Origin: Macrostomum lignano
Taxonomy: Eukaryota
Assembly (NCBI GenBank): GCA_002269645.1
Contig: NIVC01005136.1
Coordinates: forward strand, 1 to 25,228
DNA: 25,228 nucleotides
Direction: 5' to 3'
Shown here: positions 1-11,049 of the stretch, one piece after another
Layout: each line of letters opens with the position of its first letter
Position numbering within the stretch: position 1 is the stretch's first letter
Made by a program: the position numbers and the translations under genes
Notes under the pieces: model-generated
What the model saw: only the letters and a program-made list of their open reading frames with translations
The model's database searches: none
What the model was told of the DNA's origin: nothing

Positions 1-690
1 TACACGGTCAGTTAGGCGGAACTTAGGATTAGGAAGGATAAATAAAGCTTTGTAAGAGTTCAGACATGAAAGTATTTACACCTGAAAAAACGCGAAATAA
101 ATAAAATTAAACAAAGCACCCGGCATCCATGCACTACCGATTTGCAGTACATTTTTTACATGAATACAATTACATCTTAAAATCAAGTGGCAGCAGAAAT
201 GCGTTCAGAAAGAGGCTTTATTCTCGGCATACGTTGAGCAATATGAGAATAACAAACTTCAACTAACAAATAAGAGATAGTACTAAAAGTTCAGAAAACA
301 TGAAAATCACTAACTAAACCAATTCACTAGCATTCAAAGGTTAAAATGTTACGCCTATGGTAGGGAACTTGTAGTAGAAGTTTAGGCCCATAACAGGGGA
401 TTGTTGATCAAGACTGAGGACCATGAAAGGGGACTATTGGTCTAGCCTGAGGACTATAAAGTGGACTCAAGGACTACTCAAGTAGGGCGGGAAACTTCGT
501 TTCTTAGAAAATTTTAGGAAGCAGGTTTTACGCGATAAAAACCACAACGGAGATAGGGAGTTTTAATTTTTTTCAGCATAAAAATTGTTATTGCTTTCGA
601 TATGAGGCAGACCCAATGTTTATCTTTGATCTGTTGTGCTTTTTCTTATAGCTTATATTGATATTCAACTGTGGACCAGCAGGTACATTT

Positions 691-2586
691 TCACACGCCA
701 GTATCAGACAAAGAGTTAACAAAATCGCAAACTAAACAGCGGCAGTCCGTCGCCTGGCAGCCGACTCGGAGGCGAGGCTGCCGGCCCTGTCCAGCAGGTT
801 GCCCGTGTTGGCGGCCGAAGTTACCGCCGCAGATCTGGCGCAATAGCCGGCCATTCCTGACCAGATAGTCGGCAAACAGCCTATAATCGGCATTATCGTT
901 GCCATAGGCAACCGGCCGGATAAGGCCAGCCGGACACGGAGAGCCGCTTAGCCGGCAGCAGTTGACGAGCCGAGCCGCTCCATTCGATTGGCTCCTCGGA
1001 CAGCAGGAGCTGCAGCCGTCGACTGTCCTTGGCCAAGGCGGTCAGGTGCATCGGCGAGCAGCGCATCGCCACGGCCAGCGAGCGGCCGTTGTCGGAGTCG
1101 CGGTGGCGCAGGCCCAGCAGGTGGTAGGCTCGGAGCCGCAGCCACTGCGGCCAATCAGTGGCGGCCAGTTGACGAGCGGGCTGCAGGCGGCGATGGCGGC
1201 GGCCGGCAGGACGCGCAGCACAGAGTGAGACCACAGGCCGGCGGTTAAGTCGGCCAGTAGCCGCAGCGCCGACCATTTCTGCAGCGGGTCCGGGTCGCTG
1301 GAGCCGTCAGCACCGCGCCAGATAGCAGCTCCGGTGCCAGGGTTGCCATAGCAACGGCTGGCCAGCAGGCCTGACCGGAGGCCACAACTAGCACGGGCCG
1401 GTTGGGCATGGATCTGAGAGCGCGGTTTCTGAGCAGCCGGCACAGCAGGATGGAGTTCTCAGCTGCCGAGTAGGAGAATACCTGCGAGGATTAGTGAGGT
1501 GCTCAGTTGATGCTCGATTCATACTACTGACTGTTTCATTTCCTCGATTTTTATACTACTGACTACTCATTCGATCCATACTACTGACTATTCCCTCGAT
1601 TTTTATACTACTGACTACTTATTCGATCCATACTACTGACTATTCCTTCAATTTTAATACTACTGACTACTCATTCGATCCATACTACTGACTATTCCCT
1701 CGATTTTTATACTACTGACTACTCATTCTATCCATACTACTGACTATTCCCTCGATTTTTATACTACTGACTACTCATTCGATCCATACTACTGACTATT
1801 CCCTCGATTTTTATACTACTGACTACTCATTCGATCCATACTACTGACTATTCCCTCGATTTTTATACTACTGACTACTTATTCGATCCATACTACTGAC
1901 TATTCCCTCGATTTTTATACTACTGACTACTCATTCGATCCATACTACTGACTATTCCCTCGATTTTTATACTACTGACTACTTATTTGATCCATACTAC
2001 TGACTATTCCCTCGATTTTTATACTACTGACTACTCATTCGATTCATACTACTGACTATTATCTCGATTTATACTGACTGGCTACTGAATAGACTCAGTA
2101 CTGAATATTATACTTAACCGATTGACAATGACTACTTAATTGACTCATACTACTAATCACCAGCAGACTCACCCGCTCATCCTTAGCCGAGTGACCGGGC
2201 GAGCCCAGACCCGGCCAGAGCGGCAGCAGCACCCGTTGGCCGGCCTCCTCCAGATAGCGGCCGAGAGTCTCAACCTCCGAGTAGCCGCGCCCAAACGGCG
2301 CCAACAGGAGGAACAGCGCGTGCTGAGACTGGTGCTTCTTAGCCGGCACCGGGCTGAGATAGTAGCGCAATTTGAACTGCACCCCGGTGTAAATAGCCCT
2401 GTGCAGCCAAGCGTCCGAGGTTACCAGGGTCTCGCTCAGCGGGCCCAGGTGCTGCAGGTATTCGCTGGCAGTTTTCACTGTTGCAGGGCCGCCAGTTCCA
2501 TTGGAATTGTTGGTCTCGGGTCCGGCAGTGCTGGCGAGCTGACGGCGCCAGCAACAGCGGCGCCACGAGAGGAGCCGACGCGGTAA
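691..2586 (-). CDS. Alpha/beta-hydrolase-fold protein (DUF1057-like by recollection), with a possible mitochondrial presequence. Exon 1 is 2586-2173; exon 2 starts at 1481 and ends at 691 or 893. Frameshifted as assembled, and has no ATG of its own.
   Basis: Acceptor cattcag|TTA at 2586, donor CGG|gtgagt at 2173 and acceptor cctcgcag|GTA at 1481 are all phase 0. The joined peptide shows hydrolase-fold features: FLLLAPFGRGY, RVLLPLWPGLG, VLVVASGQACWPAVAMA (nucleophile-elbow position), PAGRRHRRLQP, AYHLLGLR, VAYGNDN and GGNF. These are spread over three frames in exon 2, so the 3' end is uncertain. Confidence 0.6.
1518..2075. repeat. 52-bp minisatellite (25+27 dimer sharing atactactgact), about 11 copies, in the intron of the hydrolase gene
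   Basis: Unit atactactgactactcattcgatccatactactgactattccctcgattttt; tcgatcc recurs at 1571 and 1623. Confidence 0.95.
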
Positions 2587-2720
2587 CTGAATGATTGGGT
2601 TTTTCAGCGATTGGAGTACGTAATATGAACACTTATAGCAGGTATTCTTTAGTTATAGCATAACAGGTAATACATGGACCTAAAAATACTCATGGAACTA
2701 AGGACGCATATTGCCTAACG

Positions 2721-3760
2721 ACAGCCTGATGGACCTAAAAACGGGCTGATGGACCTAACAACGGGCTGATGGACCTAACAACAGGCTGATGGACCTAACA
2801 ACGGGCTGATGGACCTAACTACAGGCTGATGGACCTAACAACGGGCTGATGGACCAAACGACAGGCTGATGGACCTAACAACGGGCTGATGGACCTAACA
2901 ACGGGCTGATGGACCTAACAACGGGCTGATGGACCTAAAAACGGGCTGATGGACCTAACAACGGGCTGATGGACCTAACAACGGGCTGATGGACCTAAAA
3001 ACGGGCTGATGGACCTAACAATGGGCTGATGGACCTAACGACAGGCTGATGGACCAAGCGACAGGCTGATGGACCAAGCGACAGGCTGATGGACCAAGCG
3101 ACAGGCTGATGGACCAAGCGACAGGCTGATGGACCAAGCGACAGGCTGATGGACCAAGCGACAGGCTGATGGACCAAGCGACAGGCTGATGGACCAAGCG
3201 ACAGGCTGATGGACCTAACGACAGGCTGATGGACCCAACGACAGGCTGATGGACCTAACGACAGGCTGATGGACCCAACGACAGGCTGATGGACCTAACG
3301 ACAGGCTGATGGACCAAACGACAGGCTGATGGACCAAGCGACAGGCTGATGGACCAAGCGACAGGCTGATGGACCAAACGACAGGCTGATGGACCTAACG
3401 ACAGGCTGATGGACCTAACTACAGGCTGATGGACCCAACGACAGGCTGATGGACCAAGCGACAGGCTGATGGACCAAGCGACAGGCTGATGGACCAAGCG
3501 ACAGGCTGATGGACCAAGCGACAGGCTGATGGACCTAACGACAGGCTGATGGACCCAACGACAGGCTGATGGACCTAACGACAGGCTGATGGACCAAACG
3601 ACAGGCTGATGGACCAAGCGACAGGCTGATGGACCTAACTACAGGCTGATGGACCAAACGACAGGCTGATGGACCTAACGACAGGCTGATGGACCTAACG
3701 ACAGGCTGATGGACCCAACGACAGGCTGATGGACCCAACGACAGGCTGATGGAACTAAAG
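2721..3760. repeat. 20-bp minisatellite acaggctgatggacc(t/a/c)a(a/g)cg, 52 copies in exact register
   Basis: Directly visible 20-bp periodicity. It explains the repetitive minus-strand ORFs at 2995-3738. Confidence 0.97.
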
Positions 3761-4324
3761 AGGAGGCGATGGAAATTATGAAGGGCCGATGGACCTAAAC
3801 ACTAACTTGCTGAAATACCTTTAAAACTAAGCTAAATAAAAAGGAATAAAAACACGAATATTCCCTTGTCAATGGCGGTGTGTATTTTACAATCATTATG
3901 CTATCTTTACCAGCCACAACACATCCAAACACACGATTTTATAGTTGAGGTACACAAACAGAAAAAAATATTACAGAATAAATGAACAAAATAATTAGAA
4001 CAATCTACAGTTTCTCTTCACATTGTTTCAGAAGCTTACTACGAGTAAAATCGGGGAAAATCCAGGCGATTATCTGGTTATAAAACTGACTGAGCCGATG
4101 CTGAATAACTGAACTTTACAGAGCGCGCATGTAGAAACGCACTCCAAGAAATCAGCGGTGAATCTGCTTGTTCGATTGATGCATTATTGATTAAAATAGA
4201 AGCGCTCGAGCCGGTTAATACTTTTTAGTATTAATAAAGTTATAAAGTATTAATATGTTTGTACTGGAGTTCGACTGCCGGCTACGGGCCACGGCAGCTT
4301 GTGGGGATGGACTAAACTGAAATT

Positions 4325-4408
<84 letters not shown>
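4325..4408. repeat. (GACA)n microsatellite
   Basis: Direct observation. Confidence 0.97.
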
Positions 4409-5010
4409 GTGGCACGCCGAGCAAGCCGGATGCCAAAACAAAGTCTCCAATTAACAAAACCGGTAAAAATGAAGGCAATAAAAAGCAGATACACAGGCAA
4501 AACAGCATATTTGGCCGAACTAAACCACAAAGCGTGGTACAGACTCAGGCAAAGTGATTTGATGCACAGAAAAAAAACAAATTAAGTTTGGCAAGGGCCT
4601 GTATGAAAGAGACTGAAGAAATTAAAGCTACATACATACATATTCGTAAGCCTCACTGTACACGTCTGGGAGTGAACGAACAAGATTAACATCAAAGTAT
4701 GGGCTGCTGAACTTTAGTTTAATTAATAACAGCCTAGTCATAATTAGTTACCATAATAATAGAACTGAAGCCTGTACAGTACATGCATTATGACAGTTGA
4801 AATTGTTTGATTAATAGGCAGTATGACTCTGGTGAGATCGGGGTTCCCTTGTTGACCCAGAGAGTAGGCCATGTCAATGAAATAGGTATGGCTCATACGG
4901 TTCTCTGAATCTCGTACTAAGTCGAGTCACACAGATAATAAAGACCGCCAAAGGACAATAGCAGAGCTACCGCGAAGGTCAAGGCAGGTCACGTCAGGAA
5001 TCGTCCAACA

Positions 5011-5401
5011 CAGACTACTCTGGGGGGGGTCACGCCAGGTCAGGGCAGCACAGGCTTTACTCTCGGGTCACGCCAGGTCAGGGCAGCACAGGCTTTACTC
5101 TCGGGGTCACGCCAGGTCAGGGCAGCACAGGCTCTACTCTCGGGGTCACGCCAGGTCAGGGCAGCACAGGCTCTACTCTGGGGGGTCACGCCAGGTCAGG
5201 GCAGCACAGGCTCTACTCTGGGGGGTCACGCCAGGTCAGGGCAGCACAGGCTCTACTCTCGGGGTCACGCCAGGTCAGGGCAGCACAGGCTCTACTCTCG
5301 GGGTTACGCCAGGTCAGGGCAGCACAGACTCTACTCTCGGGGTCACGCCAGGTCAGGGCAGCACAGGCTCTACTCTCGGGGGTCACGCCAGGTCAGGGCA
5401 G
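5011..5401. repeat. About 39-bp minisatellite (variable G-run), about 10 copies, overlapping the PLEKHM2-like stop codon
   Basis: Unit gggtcacgccaggtcagggcagcacaggctctactctc(g/t). The last copy includes bases 5393-5401, which read CTG CCC TGA on the minus strand. Confidence 0.95.
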
Positions 5402-8400
5402 AGTCTGTTCGCACAGCAGCGTCAGCGCCCTGGCTGAGGCGCGAAGTCCGCCGGCCCGACCTGGCGGCAGGCGGCGCAGCGGCAGCCGGGGCAGCAGGTG
5501 GCGCAGCAGGCGGCCCAGCCGGTTCCGCTCCTCGGCGGAGCCCAGGCAGATCAGCCAGGTGGTGGGAGGGCGCAGCCGCAGGGTCAGATAAGTGGGGTAG
5601 TGCGGATCGTAGCCAATACTGCGGATCTCGTCTAAAGTGACTAGATCGACCGTTTCTACCTGGAAGTTTAGAATGAGAAACAGCTCAACTACAGCTATAG
5701 AATGCTCAGATTGCAGCTCAACTGCAGCTATAGAATGCTCAGATTGCAGCCCAACTACAGCTATAGAATGCTCAGATTGCAGCTCAACTACTACAGCTAT
5801 AGAATGCTCAGATTGCAGCTCAACTACAGCTATAGAATGCTCAGATTGCAGCTCAACTACTACAGCTATAGAATGCTCAGATTGCAGCTCAACTACAGCT
5901 ATAGAATGCTCAGATTGCAGCTCAACTACAGCTATAGAATGCTCAGATTGCAGCTCAACTACAGCTATAGAAAGCCACTATAATACGTACAGCTCAAATG
6001 CTACTTCACAGGAGCCCCAGATCCCGCCCAAGAGCTGCACTCACCGTCCAGACCCCGGGCAGCTCGGCGCCCAGAGCGAGGCCATGCTCAGTAACCAACA
6101 GCGTCAGAATCTTTGAAGTGGCGCCGCTGCCGCTGCCGCCAGCGCCGCCGCGCACCAGAGCGGTGCAAATTGCCTGTTTCCAAGTGACAGAGCTCTGGCC
6201 GCCGATCATGACGGTGTCACCGCCGGCCAGCGTCACCTCCACTACGGTGCCATTGTCGGCGTCCTGAACCAGGCAGCATCCCCGACAGCCGGCCAGCGAC
6301 CACTGCGGCCCGCCGTCGCCCGGAGCGGCCAGCAGCCAGCCGCCGGAGAGTAGCAGTCGTCGGCGACTCCAATCGCCGCGCGGCGGCCGCACAGGCAGCC
6401 GGGCGTCGAGCAGCACCTCGTGCGTAGTTAGCGCGTAGTGCATCGGCGCGCCAGACAAATTGGACGCCTCGGCGCGCAGCCATTTGCCCAGGCCGACGTC
6501 TTGGCAGGGCGAGCCGCGGAACAGCGGCACAGTTGGCAGGCAGCGGCGCAAGTCGCGGGTCGCCGATTCGCCGATCGACTGGTCGACGCAGGCGACAAAA
6601 TGGCGGGCGGAGCGGACCACGCCGACCAGGTGAAGCAGGTGGCCCTGGACGCTCTGGCACACGTGATCGAGCGAATCCGGCCGCCATTCGCACAGCCTGC
6701 GTTAATGCGGATGGAATTCTACTACTTTTAGTAGAGTATGCGAGTTATCCGTGATCTACTGCTGTAATATTTAGAGTAATACTGACACGCCAACCCTCCG
6801 GAATCCTCCGCTGCCAGGCCCTCAACCCTCCGGAATCCCCCGCTGCCAGACCCTCAACCCTCCGGAATCCCCCGCTGCCAGGCCCTCAACCCTCCGGAAT
6901 CCCCCGCTGCCAGGCCCTCAACCCTCCGGATTCCTCCGCTGCCAGGTCCTCAACCCTCCGGAATCCCCCGCTGCCACCACCTCCTTGAAATCCTACAGTC
7001 CCAAATGTACTACAAGTTGATTACACGGTAAAAACTGTTAACAATCAACAATGAAAACAAAGGTGACAGAAGCAGACTCCGCACCTGGACAGAGAACCGG
7101 AAGACACCAGTCTAACCCGGCCAGGCGACAGGCACAGCAGGCAGGCCGCCCAGGCGTCGCCTCGCCACCACAGAGCTCTATAAGCTGCGCTGAGTGTCGC
7201 ATCGCCCAACGTGTCCTGAACCTGACGCAACGGCAACGCGTAGTCGCTAGAGAGAGCCGCCGGTTCAAAAGGATTTGGCGCATCTGATGTCACTGAATCG
7301 TCCGACAAAGATTCATCAGCGTCAGTGTCAGCATCCGTTTTAGCTTTGGCACTGGCTGCATCCGCATCCGCATCCGCATCCGCATCCGATCCGCATCTGC
7401 ATCCGTATAGGCATTCGCTTCATCTGAATATGTGTACACATCAGCATCCGCATCTGCATCCGCATCAGCATCCGCATCCGCATCAGCATCCTCATCCTCA
7501 TCAGCTCGCAAAGCCGCTTCGGCCTCTTGTAGTTCGTCGGCCAGCGACCTGGCCAAACTGGCGGGCTGCTGCTGGCCGGACCGCGAGAGTTGGTTGCCCG
7601 ACGCCGCCGCCGCCGACATGGACAACGGCATCGACATTGGCAGCGGAAGAGACGGTCGAGGATGTCGCTGCTGTTGTTGCCGATTTCTGGACGATCGAAC
7701 ATCGCCATTCAGTTTGACAGGCTCAGCAGCAGCAGGGGGCGCAGGTTGGCTGTCAGGTTGGCTGTCAGGTAAGCTGTCAGGTTCATCGCTATCGAGCCGC
7801 TGCAGCTGGTTGTGATTGTCGGCTAGCAGGCCAGCGGCAACGGGAAAACAGTCGGCATCGTCGTCGGAGTCCGCCAGCGCCAGCCGATAATAGTTGGATG
7901 ACGAGCCACCGTTGGCTGCCTGCTGCTGTTTCTGGCGATGCGTCAGCTTGCGCTCAACAACCAGACTGTCTTCCTGCGACATCGCGATGCTGTTGAAATC
8001 GGACGACAGGTCCTGCTGCTGCGGCGGCTCGTCCGGCTGCTCGTCAGTCGGAGGCATTGTTGACGAAGATCGAGACGATGACGGCGGCTGTTGATCCTGA
8101 GAGGAGCCAGTTGACGACGCCTGCGGATGGCTGTTGGCCTCGGCTGGGTCAGGCAGAGCGGAGAGTGAGCCAGACGAGCCGGACTCGGTGTCGCCGCGGT
8201 GCCGATCGCGCCGGGCCGGGTCCTGACAGCCGACGTCCAAGAAGGTGACGGTGGCCCAGGACACGCAGGACAGGTCGCAGTGCTCCAGGCCGGCCAGCAG
8301 GGTCTGCAATAGGCGGGTTCTGTTGGCATTGGCCAGCAGGGCGTGCGGCTCGTAGAATTTGCGTAGCAGGGGGACATCGCCGGCAAGGCTGGCCAGATAG

Positions 8401-9272
8401 GACTCGAGTAGAGACTCGCTGAGAGCCCGGAACAGCCAGGCGCGAGCTCTGCCGTGATTGGTTAGGAGGTACCTGGGCAAAGATAAGGGATTGAACGGGT
8501 ACACTGCTGAGGCATGAGCCTGACTGTGCATACGTGCAAACTGAGGAATATAAGCGTAGAATGGATATTATAAGCTGTGAGGTGTGTACATTGTGTGTGT
8601 ACATTGAGGGGTAGAGAGGTGTGGGCGAGGGCGGAAAATTGTGTGTACATTGAGGGGTAGAGAAGTGTGGGCGAGGGCGGAAGATTGTGTGTACATTGAG
8701 GGGTAGAGAGGTGTGGGCGAGGGAGGAAAATTGTGTGTACATTGAGGGGTAGAGAGGTGTGGGCCAGGGCGGAAAATTGTGTGTACATTGAGGGGTAGAG
8801 AGGTGTGGGCCAGGGCGGAAAATTGTGTGTACATTGAGGGGTAGAGAGGTGTGGGCCAGGGCGGAAAATTGTGTGTACATTGAGGGGTAGAGAGGTGTGG
8901 GTGAGGGCGGAAAATTGTGTGTACATTGAGGGGTAGAGAGGTGTGGGTGAGGGCGGAAAATTGTGTGTACATTGAGTGGTAGAGAGGTGTGGCCTCAATG
9001 CAGGAGAATATTGGAAGGCAAAGGGCTTTAAGCTAGAGTTACCTGCTGGCTTTAATCTCCCGAATAACATCTTTATGGCTGAGCTCCACAAGCAGGTCCC
9101 AGTAGCCGCGCGACGGTGTCCTTAGGCCGTCAAGAAATACTCGATCTAGACAGTGACAGACTTTTTGCACGCAGGGATTGTCGCTGGTTAGAGCGATGCT
9201 CTCGGTGCAGATGCACTGGATCTCTTTGAGGGCGACGCTAAGCCGCTGCAAATGAGCGTCCTTGATGGACAT
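5393..9272 (-). CDS. PLEKHM2: PLEKHM2/SKIP-like RUN- and PH-domain lysosome adaptor. Exons 9272-9043, 8472-7085 (1-nt deletion at 7388/7389), 6696-6045 and 5659-5393; about 845 aa if the frame is restored.
   Basis: RUN domain MSIKDAHLQRLSVALKEIQ..CHCLDRVFLDGL..GYWDLLVEL..GRARAWLFRALSESLLESYL..LLRKFYEPHALL resembles PLEKHM2 VKDRILENISLSVKKLQ..GYWVLV..GRSRAWLYLALNENSLESYL. The C-terminal exon LDEIRSIG..YLTLRL..TWLICLGSAEERNRL resembles the PLEKHM2 C-terminus. GT-AG phases (2,2,0) are consistent; exon total 2537+1=2538 nt. Confidence 0.85.
5681..5972. repeat. 33-bp minisatellite (36-bp variants), 9 copies, in PLEKHM2-like intron 3 (6044-5660)
   Basis: Unit cagctcaactacagctatagaatgctcagattg. Confidence 0.95.
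6791..6976. repeat. 32-bp minisatellite, about 6 copies, in PLEKHM2-like intron 2 (7084-6697)
   Basis: Unit ccaggccctcaaccctccggaatcccccgctg; caaccctcc recurs at 6791 and 6823. Confidence 0.95.
7358..7495 (-). repeat. Coding hexamer repeat (GATGCG/GATGCT on the minus strand) encoding an Asp-Ala tract in PLEKHM2-like exon 2
   Basis: Plus strand reads (gcatcc)n; translation DADADA. Confidence 0.9.
8593..8991. repeat. 46-bp G-rich minisatellite, about 9 copies, in PLEKHM2-like intron 1 (9042-8473)
   Basis: Unit ttgtgtgtacattgaggggtagagaggtgtgggcgagggcggaaaa; period 46 (8601 to 8647). Confidence 0.95.
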
Positions 9273-9451
9273 TTTCGCGTTGAGCGCGAAAAAGTGAAAC
9301 AATTGTTGCTTAACCAAATTTTGCTGGCATCATGCAGTTTTATGAAAAAAACTTAAGAGTGAAAATTATGTAATACAATTTTTAATATACTGTGGTTTTG
9401 CCTACCAAATCTACCAATGTGCACGACTTAGCTCGTATAACTAACATTTTA

Positions 9452-9961
9452 AACAGTTCAGGCCATAGACATAGCAACTACATCCAGACCATGAGGCACT
9501 GGCTGACCTGCTCAACAACAACAGTTCAGGCCATAGACATAGCAACTACATCCAGACCATGAGGCACTGGCTGACCTGCTCAACAACAACAGTTCAGGCC
9601 ATAGACATAGCAACTGCATCCAGACCATGAGGCACTAGCTGACCTGCTCAACAACAACAGTTCAGGCCATAGACATAGCAACTGCATCCAGACCATGAGG
9701 CACTAGCTGACCTGCTCAACAACAACAGTTCAGGCCATAGACATAGCAACTACATCCAGAACATGAGGCACTAGCTGACCTGCTCAACAACAACAGTTCA
9801 GGCCATAGACATAGCAACTGCATCCAGAACATGAGGCACTGGCTGACCTGCTCAACAACAACAGTTCAGGCCATAGACATAGCAACTACATCCAGAACAT
9901 GAGGCACTGGCTGACCTGCTCAACAACAACAGCTCAGGCCATTGACATAGCAACTGCATCC
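9452..9961. repeat. 68-bp minisatellite, about 7.5 copies, in the PNPLA-PLEKHM2 spacer
   Basis: cagttcaggccatag recurs at 9454, 9522 and onward. Confidence 0.95.
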
Positions 9962-10630
9962 GTCATTGTGAATTTAAGTAAAGAAAATACATAATACAAA
10001 CTAAAACAGCTTGAAAGCCAAAAATAACTTTTATATTTATCAAAATGAAAGCGTGAAACGAAAAAAGCAATTCAGTCATCAAGTTCTAAAATAGTCTGAA
10101 TTTTTTAAAAACTAAACTAGGACATGGTTATTTGATATACGAATCAATCAAGAGAATGAATACTAATCAAATGGATTAGTAATGCAGAATGTTACATGGA
10201 ATTCGCAGACCCGCACTACTAGATAAGAGCTAAGAACGAGTTAATGCAAGTATAGAAACCAATACAATGCTGTGCATACGCATACGCTAGCAACTAAGCC
10301 AGCTGGTATCGAATCAAACGGTTAGATGAGCAGTAAAACCATCTACCTAACATTTTTTCTAAGAAATGCCGAGAAGTGTAACTATATGACGGCGCAGTAC
10401 TTGAGTACATTGACTTAATAACGGCTAGTGTTTTCATAATCTACGAGTGGTATATAGATAATAAACATGTTAATCAATCATCTACTCGTAGCTAGATTTA
10501 GACTAGAAGTCAAGCAAATGTTCATTATAAAACAATCAAGCACTTCTTTGTTAAAGGCAGGTGAAAGCGCATTGAAAGCCGATTTTAAGACATACTTCCG
10601 GTAGGTTGCATGTATCACTAACTGACGAAA

Positions 10631-11049
10631 CAGCTGATCAAACAGCTGCAGCTGATCAGCTGATCAAACAGCTGACCAAACAGCTGATCAAACAGCTGAT
10701 CAAACAGCTGATCAAACAGCTGACCAACACCTAATCAAACAGCTGACCAACAGCTAATCAAACAGCTGACCAACAGCTGATCAAACAGCTGACCAACAGC
10801 TGATCAAACAGCTGACCAACAGCTGATCAAACAGCTGACCAACAGCTGATCAAACAGCTGACCAACAGCTGATCAAACAGCTGACCAACAGCTGATCAAA
10901 CAGCTGACTAACAGCTGATCAAACAGCTGACCAACAGCTGATCAAACAGCTGACCAACAGCTGATCAAACAGCTGACCAACAGCTGATCAAACAGCTGAC
11001 CAACAGCTGATCAAACAGCTGACCAACAGCTGATCAAACAGCTGACCAA
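10631..11049. repeat. 23-bp minisatellite cagctgatcaaacagctgaccaa, about 18 copies, just 3' of the PNPLA stop
   Basis: Direct observation; a 12+11 dimer, with CAGCTG in each half. Confidence 0.95.

Noticed and set aside
2995-3738. Repetitive ORFs (VHQPVAWSISLSLGPSACR)n
   Set aside because: They are translations of the 20-bp minisatellite, with no splice or homology support.
4021-4200. Possible upstream coding exon for the hydrolase gene (donor-like GTAAGC near 4038)
   Set aside because: The ATGs upstream of this donor hit stops before reaching it, so it cannot supply a start codon. A non-coding exon cannot be excluded.
5637-6116. Plus-strand Cys/Ser/Thr-repeat protein (SSTTAIECSDC)n
   Set aside because: It is an in-frame 33-bp intronic repeat antisense to PLEKHM2 intron 3; the frame is open only because the unit length is a multiple of 3.
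8149-9091. ORFs with MYTQFSALAHTSLPLNVHT repeats
   Set aside because: They are translations of the 46-bp intronic minisatellite.
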